A stretch of 46,694 nt of DNA from Patescibacteria group bacterium (GTDB lineage Bacteria > Patescibacteriota > Dojkabacteria > SC72). The translations under genes were made by a program, and so were the position numbers. The stretch is taken from NCBI GenBank assembly GCA_018818345.1, contig JAHISI010000016.1, positions 1-46,694 on the forward strand. The letters run 5' to 3'. Below, one piece after another: positions 9,277-18,887 of this stretch; within the stretch, counting starts at the first letter, position 1, and the number at the start of each line of letters is the position of its first letter. The notes below the pieces were generated by a model, which searched no databases, was not told where the DNA came from, and saw only the letters and a program-made list of their open reading frames with translations.

Positions 9277-10815
9277 TTAGTGGATTTCTAACTCTGTAAT
9301 GGATAGTTTATTGGCCTCATCCTTTGTGAAGGTGAGTAGGGTGTTATTGGAGTTTCTAATCAAGAATGTTAATAGGTTATCAGGTTGCGCAATGTTTACT
9401 TTGTTATCTCCATCTACATCAGTTATATATATTGCTCCTTCTTGTAAGTATGTAATATCTAATGAGTCTGTAAGCCAGTGTAGGTCAGAGGTTTTAGATA
9501 TATCTGCAATATTCTTTATCTCCTTAGAACCAATGTTGACTGTGTGATCTCCTTCGGTTTTGTCGAATGTAAATACGGAGATTTGGTTTTCATCTCTGAA
9601 GATCAATCTTTCATGGTCTTCATTGAATTCTATGAATGTTGCGGGATATGCGGAAAGCATCATGAATTTTTGTGTCTGTATATTGAACCAGTATGTAGCC
9701 AATGAGGTTTGTATATATACTCCTTGTGCTTTTTGGTTGACCTTTATACCGGTAATCTCACCTGCAGAGTATGTGCTTTCTGGAGAAGATGAGAATTCTG
9801 AGTAGGTAAAGCCATTTTCTCTATATTGCAATATATATTCATCGGCTTTGCGGAAGTAGAAATTACTAATGAGGTATGTAGCATTGTTTCCGAGCAAGTC
9901 CATCTGTTTTAGATTGTATGTATATACATTATCTGTTTGATCCTTTGAGGGCTCTACAATGTAGAAGAATCCTTGTTCATCAGTTGTCCAGATATATTTT
10001 TGTGAGACTAATTTCTCGACGAATGTATTTGTTTGGTTCAATTTTAAATCATATGAATAGATTCCACTGGTGGAATCTAGTACTAAATAGTTATTATCAT
10101 TTGCCCATGAGATTTTGTATTTTTTGGTTGAGTCAATATCTAGAGCTTTTAACGTAGAAAATTGTGAAAGGACTTGTGTATTAAGTAGATAGTACTGGCT
10201 TGTAGTTTCAGAGGTGACTTTTAACAAGGCTTGCAAACCACTAGGGGATAGTGTTATCTCTATATTATTACTCTCCAATTTCAATATCTCTGAAGGGTTT
10301 GGGGAGAAATCCCACAATGCAGGATTTAGAGTATATTCCCAAAGTGAGTATCCTTGTGTTTCTTTAGTTAGAAATACAATGTGATCTTCTTCTTTGTTAA
10401 CCCAGTACTTTTCAATAGTGCCAGTTGAGGTCCAGAGAGTGATATGTTTAGGGTCTTGTTTGATTAACCATGGGAATATGGGGGTAGATTTGCCTTCTAC
10501 AATCTCGACATCTTTTTCCCAATTATAATAACCTTCTTTTTCAACAGTTATATGATATGTTCCAATTTCTAAACTTGTACTTTTAGGAGTTCTACCCACG
10601 AGTTTTTGATCTACATGTATATCTGCTCCAAAAGGTGAGCTTTCAACGGTTACAACTCCGGTTTGAGTTATTTCTTGTTTGAAGAGGTCTAGTCTATATC
10701 CATTGGCATAGAAATATATGGAAGAAGCGACTAAGAACAGGATTAGGGTATATAATATGGGGTAGAGTATAGAGCCAATATGTGATTTAACTTTGGTCTT
10801 GGGAGACGTTTTCAT
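9277..10815 (-). CDS. PEGA-domain membrane-anchored protein with a probable beta-propeller region
   Basis: N-terminal TM helix, YANGYRLD, then PEGA pattern TGVVTVESSPFGADIHVD..GRTP..GTYHITVEKEGY; beta-rich remainder. Confidence 0.8.
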   Translation of the reverse strand: MKTSPKTKVKSHIGSILYPILYTLILFLVASSIYFYANGYRLDLFKQEITQTGVVTVESSPFGADIHVDQKLVGRTPKSTSLEIGTYHITVEKEGYYNWEKDVEIVEGKSTPIFPWLIKQDPKHITLWTSTGTIEKYWVNKEEDHIVFLTKETQGYSLWEYTLNPALWDFSPNPSEILKLESNNIEITLSPSGLQALLKVTSETTSQYYLLNTQVLSQFSTLKALDIDSTKKYKISWANDNNYLVLDSTSGIYSYDLKLNQTNTFVEKLVSQKYIWTTDEQGFFYIVEPSKDQTDNVYTYNLKQMDLLGNNATYLISNFYFRKADEYILQYRENGFTYSEFSSSPESTYSAGEITGIKVNQKAQGVYIQTSLATYWFNIQTQKFMMLSAYPATFIEFNEDHERLIFRDENQISVFTFDKTEGDHTVNIGSKEIKNIADISKTSDLHWLTDSLDITYLQEGAIYITDVDGDNKVNIAQPDNLLTFLIRNSNNTLLTFTKDEANKLSITELEIH

Positions 10816-10862
10816 GCCAAGAGTATAGCATAATGGGTGTAAAGTTTGTTAGAATGTAAACT

Positions 10863-11864
10863 ATGGAAGTAAAGAAAAGAATTTTAACGGGGGACAGACC
10901 TACAGGACAGTTGCACATAGGCCACTATTTTGGGTCTTTACAAAGCAGAGCGAAATTACAAGATGAATATGAGGAGTATATTGAGATAGCAAATATCCAA
11001 GCTTTGACAGATAATTTTGATAACCCGGGTAAGGTTAGAGAAAATATCGAAGAGCTTCTTTGTGATTACTATGCAGCGGGGATTGATTTTGAAAAGGCAA
11101 CAATTTTCATTCAGAGTGAAGTTCCTGCTATCCATGAGATTTTTATATATCTTGCTAACTTCGCTACAGTTCAACAGATACAGCATAATCCTACAATTAA
11201 AACGGAGATGGCTCAAAAAGGAATGGAAGTTTCTACTCCTTTGGGTTTTTTCATCTATCCTATACACCAGGCTGCAGATATATTGTGTGTTAATGCAGAC
11301 TTAGTGCCCGTAGGGAAGGATCAAGCTCCAATGATTGAGGATACGAGGGTTCTTGCTAGAAAATTTAACAATACGTACAAGACAAATCTTTTACATCAAC
11401 CACAAGCACTTTTTGGTGTTGAGGCAAATGTTCCAGGTATTGATGGAAATGCAAAGATGGGAAAGAGTTTAAATAATGGAATATATCTTGCAGATAGCGA
11501 AGAGGAATTAAGAAGGAAAGTATTTAAGGTATACACAGATCCTGCAAGAATCCATGCTACAGATCCAGGTAAGATCGAGGGGAATGTTGCGTTTACATAT
11601 ATGGATCTATTTGCAACTGATCTTGATGAGGTAGAGGCTATGAAAGAAAAGTATAGAAAAGGAGAAATCAAGGATGTAGAGGTTAAAGAAAGACTATTTG
11701 AGATTATGAATGCATATCTCACACCAATAAGAGAGAGAAGAAGAGAAGCAGAAGGTATGAAAGATGAGTTAATGCAGAAAGCGTTAAAAGGTAGTGAGAA
11801 GGTTTCTGGCATAGCAAGAGATATTGCTGATCAGATGAAAGAAGCGATGAAATTGAAGTTTTAA
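10863..11864 (+). CDS. trpS: Tryptophan--tRNA ligase
   Basis: TGDRPTGQLHIGH, YPIHQAADIL, VPVGKDQ and KMGKS. Confidence 0.97.
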   Translation: MEVKKRILTGDRPTGQLHIGHYFGSLQSRAKLQDEYEEYIEIANIQALTDNFDNPGKVRENIEELLCDYYAAGIDFEKATIFIQSEVPAIHEIFIYLANFATVQQIQHNPTIKTEMAQKGMEVSTPLGFFIYPIHQAADILCVNADLVPVGKDQAPMIEDTRVLARKFNNTYKTNLLHQPQALFGVEANVPGIDGNAKMGKSLNNGIYLADSEEELRRKVFKVYTDPARIHATDPGKIEGNVAFTYMDLFATDLDEVEAMKEKYRKGEIKDVEVKERLFEIMNAYLTPIRERRREAEGMKDELMQKALKGSEKVSGIARDIADQMKEAMKLKF

Positions 11865-11903
11865 GTGATAATAGATAACTTGTAGTAGTTGGAGCTAATT
11901 CAT

Positions 11904-12923
11904 ATGTTTGTAAAGAAATTAGGTATAGACCTAGGAACAGCTAACTCAGTTGTATTTGTACAAGGGGAGGGTATTGTCTTAACTGAACCAACAGTAGTAG
12001 CTATAGATGTTAACAACTTCACTGTCATAGCAGTTGGACTAGAAGCAAAGGAAATGATTGGTAAAACTCCAGACAATATTGTTGCCAAAAGACCTCTACG
12101 AAATGGAGTTATAGCAGATTCCCGAGTCACGGAAGCTTTACTAAGATATTTCTTTGATAAAGCATTGGGTAAGAGTAGATTTTTCAAACCAGATGTAGTC
12201 ATTAGTGTCCCTGCAGGTATTACTTCGGTAGAAGAAAGAGCAGTACTGAAAGCTGCTAATGCTGTTGGTGCTAGGAATGTCACATTGCTTCCAGAACCAT
12301 TGTTAGCTGCATTAGGGGCTGAAATGCCAATACAGACATCTTCTGGGAACATGATTATAAATATGGGTGGTGGTACTACCGAAGTCGCCGTTATATCCCT
12401 CGATGGAGTAGTGGAATATGAATCACTAAGAGTTGCAGGTGACGCTATAAATGAAGCCATAATCTCATATATGCGTAAAAAGAAAGGTCTTTTAATTGGA
12501 GAACAAACGGCAGAGAAGATAAAGATTAAGATAGGTTCGGCTCTAGAAGTTAAAGATCCAAGAGAAATGGAAGTAAGAGGAAGGGACGTTGGTGCTGGTA
12601 TGCCTAAATCTGTCGTAGTTAATTCAAATGATATCGCCAAGGCTGTTGAATGGCCATTAAGAAGTATCATTAAGAGCGTACAAGCAGTATTAGAAAAGAC
12701 GCCTCCTGAGCTCTCCGCGGACATCATAGACCGTGGTATGGTTATGAGTGGTGGAACAGCAATGCTCAGAAATCTAGACAAGCTATTCTCTCGTGCTACT
12801 GGAGTGCCAGCTCATGTTGCCGATGATCCATTGTTTTGTGTAGTAAAGGGTACTGGTATTGCCTTAGATCTCATAGAAGAAGGCTCTAGGAAGTTCTCCT
12901 TTAATCGAGATTTTAGAAGATAG
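11904..12923 (+). CDS. mreB: MreB/Mbl actin-like protein, paralog 1 (stand-alone)
   Basis: GIDLGTAN, PAGITSVEERA, GGGTTEVAVISL and SGGTAML. The ATG at 11904 follows GGAG. Confidence 0.93.
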   Translation: MFVKKLGIDLGTANSVVFVQGEGIVLTEPTVVAIDVNNFTVIAVGLEAKEMIGKTPDNIVAKRPLRNGVIADSRVTEALLRYFFDKALGKSRFFKPDVVISVPAGITSVEERAVLKAANAVGARNVTLLPEPLLAALGAEMPIQTSSGNMIINMGGGTTEVAVISLDGVVEYESLRVAGDAINEAIISYMRKKKGLLIGEQTAEKIKIKIGSALEVKDPREMEVRGRDVGAGMPKSVVVNSNDIAKAVEWPLRSIIKSVQAVLEKTPPELSADIIDRGMVMSGGTAMLRNLDKLFSRATGVPAHVADDPLFCVVKGTGIALDLIEEGSRKFSFNRDFRR

Positions 12924-12956
12924 TTTTAATCTTCTTTAACATATATAATATATCCC

Positions 12957-14117
12957 ATGGAAATATTTAATAGAAAAAAGAAGACGTTAAAGCTTGATGA
13001 AGTCACAAAATTGCTTAGTGAATTAAGAATTCCTACAGCATTGGTTTTTACCCCAATAAACTTAGAGACGGAGAAGAAGAAATTTTTTAATAGCGATACA
13101 TACAATCCAGTTTTTGAGTATAGGATTGTTAAGAATAATAACAAAGAGATATTAAAAAAGCTTTCCAATGTAAAAGAGATCGTTGATGTTGATCCTCGTA
13201 TTTCTGATTTCTACCTTCAGTTGATTGATTCTAAGAAAGAGGCTAGTGACCTTATGCATTCCGTTGGAAATAATGAAGAGATTACGGATATTTCTGTACA
13301 TAGGTATGGTAAACCAAGTGACAAGCTTTTTAGAAATGCAGCTAGAGTACTTAGAGGTAAATTAGACAGTTACAATGTAATAGATGAGGATACAATAAAG
13401 AAGGGTGACATTCTCTACTACGATGATATTGTTAAGGTTTTCAATGTTGTATTCCAGGAGTTGGGTTTAGATGGCTGGACAGTGAATAAGTCTATCAATA
13501 TTGCTAAGAATGGTGTGAAGATTGGTGTAAAAAGAAAAGAGATTCTAGTTGATGAGAATATTGAGAGAACCAAATTCAAATTAAGGAAGACGTTGATACA
13601 TGAAGTTGGAACTCATGCTTTGAGAGCGCACAATGGTTTGATGTGTGGGTTTGATGCTTTTAGTAATGCGAATCTTCCTGAGTATTTAGATGTAGAAGAG
13701 GGTTTAGCTACATGGAATGAGAATAGTATGGGTTTGCTTACTGAGAAGTGGTTGAAGAACAAAGCTGCATTGGCATGGGCTATATATTTGGGCGAGGATC
13801 TTTCATTTAGAGAGCTTTACAATGTTCTTTTAGCGGTGTTACCTAAGTACTCTGCTTTTGACGTTACATATCGTGTAAAGAGAGGTTTGGGTGATACTCA
13901 TGATAGGGGGATATATTCTAAGGATGTTGCATATTTTAGAGGTTTTAGAAAAGTTAAGAAGAAATTGGAAGAGAATCCTAGGTTGTATAACCAATTGTAT
14001 GCTGGAAAGATTACATTTAAACAGTGTGAATGGGTTGAGGATGGGTTATTACCTATGCCTACTAATGTTCCTAACAAGGATAAATGGTTAGAGATATTTG
14101 AGAAAGCGGGGATATAG
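12957..14117 (+). CDS. DUF1704/MATCAP-like (QEGLA-motif) zinc carboxypeptidase
   Basis: Extended HExxxH (HEVGTH), EEGLA, and RVKRG..SKDVAYFRG..LYAGK C-terminal motifs typical of this family. Confidence 0.8.
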   Translation: MEIFNRKKKTLKLDEVTKLLSELRIPTALVFTPINLETEKKKFFNSDTYNPVFEYRIVKNNNKEILKKLSNVKEIVDVDPRISDFYLQLIDSKKEASDLMHSVGNNEEITDISVHRYGKPSDKLFRNAARVLRGKLDSYNVIDEDTIKKGDILYYDDIVKVFNVVFQELGLDGWTVNKSINIAKNGVKIGVKRKEILVDENIERTKFKLRKTLIHEVGTHALRAHNGLMCGFDAFSNANLPEYLDVEEGLATWNENSMGLLTEKWLKNKAALAWAIYLGEDLSFRELYNVLLAVLPKYSAFDVTYRVKRGLGDTHDRGIYSKDVAYFRGFRKVKKKLEENPRLYNQLYAGKITFKQCEWVEDGLLPMPTNVPNKDKWLEIFEKAGI

Positions 14118-14168
14118 TCAGATCGAGTTTTTGTGCTATCATATATACATAATATTGTCCAAATAAAT

Positions 14169-15668
14169 ATGGATACAAATCCTTCATTAGAGAAAGAAAA
14201 TGCACAGTCTAAAGTCCCAATAAATCCTTATTTTCAACCCTCACAAAAAGATTTGGTAGCCACACCAGAAGTAACGGAAGAAGTAACCCCCGAAATAGTA
14301 GATTTACCCTCCGTCGAAACCGTAAGAATGCCAACATTGGATGATAAGTCTGAAGAACCATCGGCTTTAATTAATAGTTTGCCCAATATTGCTTTGGATC
14401 AAAAAAATAATGCATCATCTAATGTTAAAGATCCCAAAGATCTAGATTTAAAAATGTTGGGTTCAGATGAGCATGGATTGTACATTAAGATCCCAACGGA
14501 GATAAATGCAGAAGTAAGAGATGCTCAAAATGAATTCATTCCTGTTTTTATGGATGTACATAAAAAGTATGCCAATTATCCAGAATGGGAATATATGAAT
14601 GCACAAAATCCATTTGTTTTTGCTCCTGCAACCATTCGAATTATGTCTAATCAGTTAATACCCCAATTACTTAAGGAAACAACAACACTTTTTTCTAATG
14701 GAGTAGAGGAAAATACTGAGAGATCTATGCATTGGAAGGAATCAAATATTGAAGGGATATTAAATAAGCTACTTGCCTATGAATCATATCGATTAGAAAG
14801 AATCATGGCTCCAAGAGCAAGAGATCATATGAAAGAGGCCTTTCCTGGAGAAGAGGTAATCAAGGTTAAAGAGCTATGTACTGGAGCAGGTATGACTACT
14901 GCATTAATGTATGAAGCTTTAAAGGAAACAGGTAAGAAGGTAGAATTTCATTCTGCAGATAATTCACTTCAATCTGTTATTTGTGCCGCTACGTTATTAA
15001 CCTTACGAGGTATTCCAACAAGGATTGTGTTGGAAAGTGGTCAAAAAGAAAAGAACTTTGAGGGTGTAACAATATATTTTGAAACAGCTCAAGAATCTAT
15101 ACAAAAGAATCAAGATAATTACCACTTTGTATTTTCAGATAATGGAATAAATTATTTTGATGAGAAGCCTCACTTTGAGGTTGTAGATGAGATGGTAAAA
15201 AGAGTTAAACCAGGAGGACTTTTTCAAGATTGTACCTTGGATCCTGGAATGCAGGTTGATCTTTCAACAGTAAGCATGCTAGGGACAATCCTCTTCACAA
15301 AGAAGGAAAACTTTAAGAAAAAAGTTAGGTTAGGAGATGCGGAATATAGTATTAAGGAAAAAGATGGGATTTCTTTTATTGAGCAACTCTTTTCTCCTTC
15401 ATCTACTATGCAATACGAACTTTTGGCTGATGTTGGTAAAAAATTAGGAGTGAAAGCTTTCGCAGAATACTTGGGCGGAGCAAAGAAAGCGGGTGCAATA
15501 ACTAAAAAGTTAGCACCAAAAATCGCTCAAGATTTAAGAAAAACAGGAATGAAGATTTTAGAACTTACAGGCCTTAAGGGTTCATATTATCCAACATACG
15601 AAGATCGAAAAACTAGTTTAACAAGATTTTTTGAATTAAAACTGCCAAAGAACAATGATATGGGATAA
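14169..15668 (+). CDS. Class I SAM-dependent methyltransferase with a low-complexity N-terminus
   Basis: VKELCTGAG (motif I), FHSADNS, YHFVFSDNGINYF and RVKPGGLF. ATG 14169 is preferred over GTG 14133. Confidence 0.7.
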   Translation: MDTNPSLEKENAQSKVPINPYFQPSQKDLVATPEVTEEVTPEIVDLPSVETVRMPTLDDKSEEPSALINSLPNIALDQKNNASSNVKDPKDLDLKMLGSDEHGLYIKIPTEINAEVRDAQNEFIPVFMDVHKKYANYPEWEYMNAQNPFVFAPATIRIMSNQLIPQLLKETTTLFSNGVEENTERSMHWKESNIEGILNKLLAYESYRLERIMAPRARDHMKEAFPGEEVIKVKELCTGAGMTTALMYEALKETGKKVEFHSADNSLQSVICAATLLTLRGIPTRIVLESGQKEKNFEGVTIYFETAQESIQKNQDNYHFVFSDNGINYFDEKPHFEVVDEMVKRVKPGGLFQDCTLDPGMQVDLSTVSMLGTILFTKKENFKKKVRLGDAEYSIKEKDGISFIEQLFSPSSTMQYELLADVGKKLGVKAFAEYLGGAKKAGAITKKLAPKIAQDLRKTGMKILELTGLKGSYYPTYEDRKTSLTRFFELKLPKNNDMG

Positions 15669-17946
15669 TACGTTATATTTGTTTGTTGTAATACTGGGAT
15701 TCACCTCCTTAATAGGGCCTTTAGTTACCTTCATAAAGGAGCCAAAAAATAAAGCATATTTCTTCTTAGGAGTCTTAGGAATAATCGCGGGTCCAGTCTG
15801 GGCTTTTTCTACAGTATCTTTTTTACTAACTGATACATTAAGTACAGCCAAACTTTGGGCAGACATTATATATCTTGCATCAATATCAATCGGACTTTTC
15901 CATTATATTTTCTCCACATACTATCTTCGTAGAAAGAAGATCAATTTGCTGTTTGCATTATTTGTAGTAGGTGGTTTTATATTTCTGCTTTATCAGATAT
16001 TTTTTACTAATAACTTTATTGAAAGAATTGTATTAGAGGGAAATAACTATATTGTGGTAGGGAAGGCATATATGGTCTGGATGGCTTGGTTAACAATCGT
16101 TTTCGCAGTTAATGTATATAAAACTTTAAGAGGATACAAAGAATTGTCATTTATTGAAAAAGAGCAGCAGAAATATTTAATTATTGGGAATGTATTAACT
16201 GTTGTTGGTTCTTTTCCGGCTAATATTATAGCTCCATATTTTGGTATTTATGAGTATATTTGGTTTGGTCCTGTTGTTTTTTCAATTGCAAACCTCATAA
16301 TATCGTATGGTCTAACGCAGACTAGATTCCAGCGATTGGGGGCAGTGATACGTGGGATTCTAAGAAGTCTTTCACTATATGTTATTCCCGCAGTGATATT
16401 TGTTGCTTCTCTGGAATTTCTTTTTCCACTGATTAAGCAGCTTTCAATTTCCAAGTTGTTATTTTATATCATTGCATTTTTGTTTGCCCTGGCTTTTAAA
16501 TTAATTATAGATTCGGTTGCAAATATTTTTCTCTCGGAAAAACAGATTTTAAGGAATAAAGGGGAGGGGTTTATCAAATTGTTGAACTTTGAACAAGAGC
16601 TTTCTGATATATGTAGTAAGACATTGAACTATATATGTCAAAATACCTCTGCAGATAAAGCTCAGATTTATCTTTATGATTCTGTAAATACAAAATCATA
16701 TTACTTTACTAATGGGGATTGGAAGATTGAAAATCTAGATAAGATTTTCACAGAGATACCTGTATATTGGAATAAAAAGACAACTGCGGAGGGAAAGTTT
16801 GAGGCTTTATCAAGATCTGAACTTGAATATTTGAGTAATAAGGATGCCATAGAGTATCGAGAATATTCTAATTTATTGTACTTATTAGAGTTAGCGAAGA
16901 TCCAGATAGTTTACCCAATAGTTTCAGGGAATGAATTGATAGGGGTGCTTTTCATACAGGATTTAGCTAATAACCAGATGTATAAAATAGATGAGCTTAA
17001 TCTTTGGGATCGTATATATAGTCAATTTCATATTTCTGTTAACAAAGCGTTACTATATCAGCAGCTTCAATCGTTGAACTCAACGCTCCAACAAAAAGTA
17101 GATATTCAAACTAAGGAGCTGCAAATAAAGATTTCTGAGCTACAAGAGGCTCGTAAAAAAGAAAACGATATGATCGATATCATGGGTCATGAACTTAGAA
17201 CACCTGCTACCATAGTTAAACTCAATGCTCAATTACTAGAGAAGTTTACAGGGGATATAGATAGCGATCCTGAAGCATACAAGAGATATGTAGATAGGAT
17301 AAAGATGGCAGTGGAGAATGAGATAAAACTTATTAATACATTGCTAAGTAGTGCTAAATTAGAAGGAAATAAGATAGTCATAGATCCTGAAGAGGTTGAT
17401 CTTAAGGAAGAAGTAGATATGGCTATACATGGCAATGAGAAGGATGCGAATGAAAAGAATCTTCCAATAATTAATAATATTAAATCAGATACTCCTCATG
17501 TATATGCAGACAAGGCTAGGGTGGTGGAGATATTAAATAACCTCATAAGTAATGCTGTTAAATATACGGAGAGTGGTAGCGTAACCATTGAGGATAGATA
17601 TGATGATAATTGGGTGGAGGTATCAATCATAGATACAGGGCATGGTATTAGTGCGGAGGATCTTAAAAAGCTTGGCCAGAAGTTCTACAGAGCTGGGAAT
17701 TACATAGATTCTAATGTTAAGGTTGGTGACAAGATGGAGATAGTAAGGCCTGGAGGTACGGGTTTAGGGCTCTATGTGACCTTCAACCTCATACGTAAGA
17801 TGGGTGGTGATGTTCGTGTAGAGAGTGAGGTAGGTAAGGGTAGTAAATTTATATTTATATTACCTAGATACAAAGCACAAGCCATTCATGATCATGATGG
17901 TGAGAGTAATAATATGTTTGAGAAGCTAGGACTTAAAACGCAGTAA
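15655..17946 (+). CDS. Sensor histidine kinase with a multi-TM (7TM-like) sensor, GAF-like, HisKA and HATPase domains
   Basis: About 9 hydrophobic helices, H-box MGHELRTP, N-box EILNNLISNAVKY, DTGHG and GGTGLGL. Confidence 0.93.
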   Translation: MIWDNTLYLFVVILGFTSLIGPLVTFIKEPKNKAYFFLGVLGIIAGPVWAFSTVSFLLTDTLSTAKLWADIIYLASISIGLFHYIFSTYYLRRKKINLLFALFVVGGFIFLLYQIFFTNNFIERIVLEGNNYIVVGKAYMVWMAWLTIVFAVNVYKTLRGYKELSFIEKEQQKYLIIGNVLTVVGSFPANIIAPYFGIYEYIWFGPVVFSIANLIISYGLTQTRFQRLGAVIRGILRSLSLYVIPAVIFVASLEFLFPLIKQLSISKLLFYIIAFLFALAFKLIIDSVANIFLSEKQILRNKGEGFIKLLNFEQELSDICSKTLNYICQNTSADKAQIYLYDSVNTKSYYFTNGDWKIENLDKIFTEIPVYWNKKTTAEGKFEALSRSELEYLSNKDAIEYREYSNLLYLLELAKIQIVYPIVSGNELIGVLFIQDLANNQMYKIDELNLWDRIYSQFHISVNKALLYQQLQSLNSTLQQKVDIQTKELQIKISELQEARKKENDMIDIMGHELRTPATIVKLNAQLLEKFTGDIDSDPEAYKRYVDRIKMAVENEIKLINTLLSSAKLEGNKIVIDPEEVDLKEEVDMAIHGNEKDANEKNLPIINNIKSDTPHVYADKARVVEILNNLISNAVKYTESGSVTIEDRYDDNWVEVSIIDTGHGISAEDLKKLGQKFYRAGNYIDSNVKVGDKMEIVRPGGTGLGLYVTFNLIRKMGGDVRVESEVGKGSKFIFILPRYKAQAIHDHDGESNNMFEKLGLKTQ

Positions 17947-18886
17947 TAATAGCTTCTGCTATATTTACAGGTTCTCCCTCAATCTTAGTCTCATATGCCT
18001 TATATCCAGGATGTAAACTAATCTCTTGTATACATGGCTTCCCATTCATATACATAAAGTCTACAGCCATGAAATCAGCTTCTAGTACAGCTGTCATCCT
18101 CTCAGCAATCTCAGTAATCTCCTCATTAGGTTGGTTACACATCTCATATGTACTAGTTCTTTTATTAACAGTCATAAATCCTTCTCCTGCAATTCTCTTC
18201 CATCCACCAATAACCTTACCTAGTTTAACAAATATTCTGTAATCTTCACCTGCATCAGAAAATTCTTGTATAAAGAAATGAGAAAGATCCTGTCCATCAA
18301 GATTCTCTTGTTTGTAATCCTCATCTTTCTCTAATTTAAACACGTTCTTTTTTATCTTTTCCTTCCCATCAATCATCTCAGTTCTATTAGCACCAGTATA
18401 TTCTTTAATAATTAGGGGATAGTCCTTTAACATATCTCTATCCTTTAAATACTCACCATTAGTTTGGAAATATGTATTAAAGTAGGGGAGGTTATTTTTT
18501 GAACACAGCATTGCGAAGGCTATCTTATTGTAATATGGAAGATTCTTGATTGCTTTGGAATTTTGAATGATCACTTTTTTTTCTGGGTTGTCTCTATTAT
18601 ATTGATCAACGTAATCTATCATGAATCTCTTATATTGATACTCACGTTCATCGTCTAATGAATGACCCCGTAAAATCACGTTGCTGTACTCCGTTATGTC
18701 GTGCCCAGCTACCTTGATAACCGTGGAACCATTATGAAACAAGAATTCTATCTCATCGTTATATGCAAAATCGCAAGGTATATCCTTCTTTTTTAATTCT
18801 TCTACTAATCTTGCAGATCCAGTAGGTATTTCGCCCATGGTAGCTACTTGCACACGTTGTCTTTTATCTATAATGAGGTATTTCAT
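17933..18886 (-). CDS. RimK/LysX-like ATP-grasp ligase (divergent)
   Basis: YYNK, PLIIKE, FIQEF, EDYRIFV, AVDF and EISLHPG (ExN replaced by ExS). Confidence 0.75.
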   Translation of the reverse strand: MKYLIIDKRQRVQVATMGEIPTGSARLVEELKKKDIPCDFAYNDEIEFLFHNGSTVIKVAGHDITEYSNVILRGHSLDDEREYQYKRFMIDYVDQYNRDNPEKKVIIQNSKAIKNLPYYNKIAFAMLCSKNNLPYFNTYFQTNGEYLKDRDMLKDYPLIIKEYTGANRTEMIDGKEKIKKNVFKLEKDEDYKQENLDGQDLSHFFIQEFSDAGEDYRIFVKLGKVIGGWKRIAGEGFMTVNKRTSTYEMCNQPNEEITEIAERMTAVLEADFMAVDFMYMNGKPCIQEISLHPGYKAYETKIEGEPVNIAEAIITAF

Positions 18887-18887
18887 A

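Noticed and set aside
11900..12781. 293-aa antisense ORF over mreB, and similar shadow ORFs such as 41930-42610 and 26579-27085
   Set aside because: These are antisense shadows of well-supported genes caused by codon bias, with no motifs.
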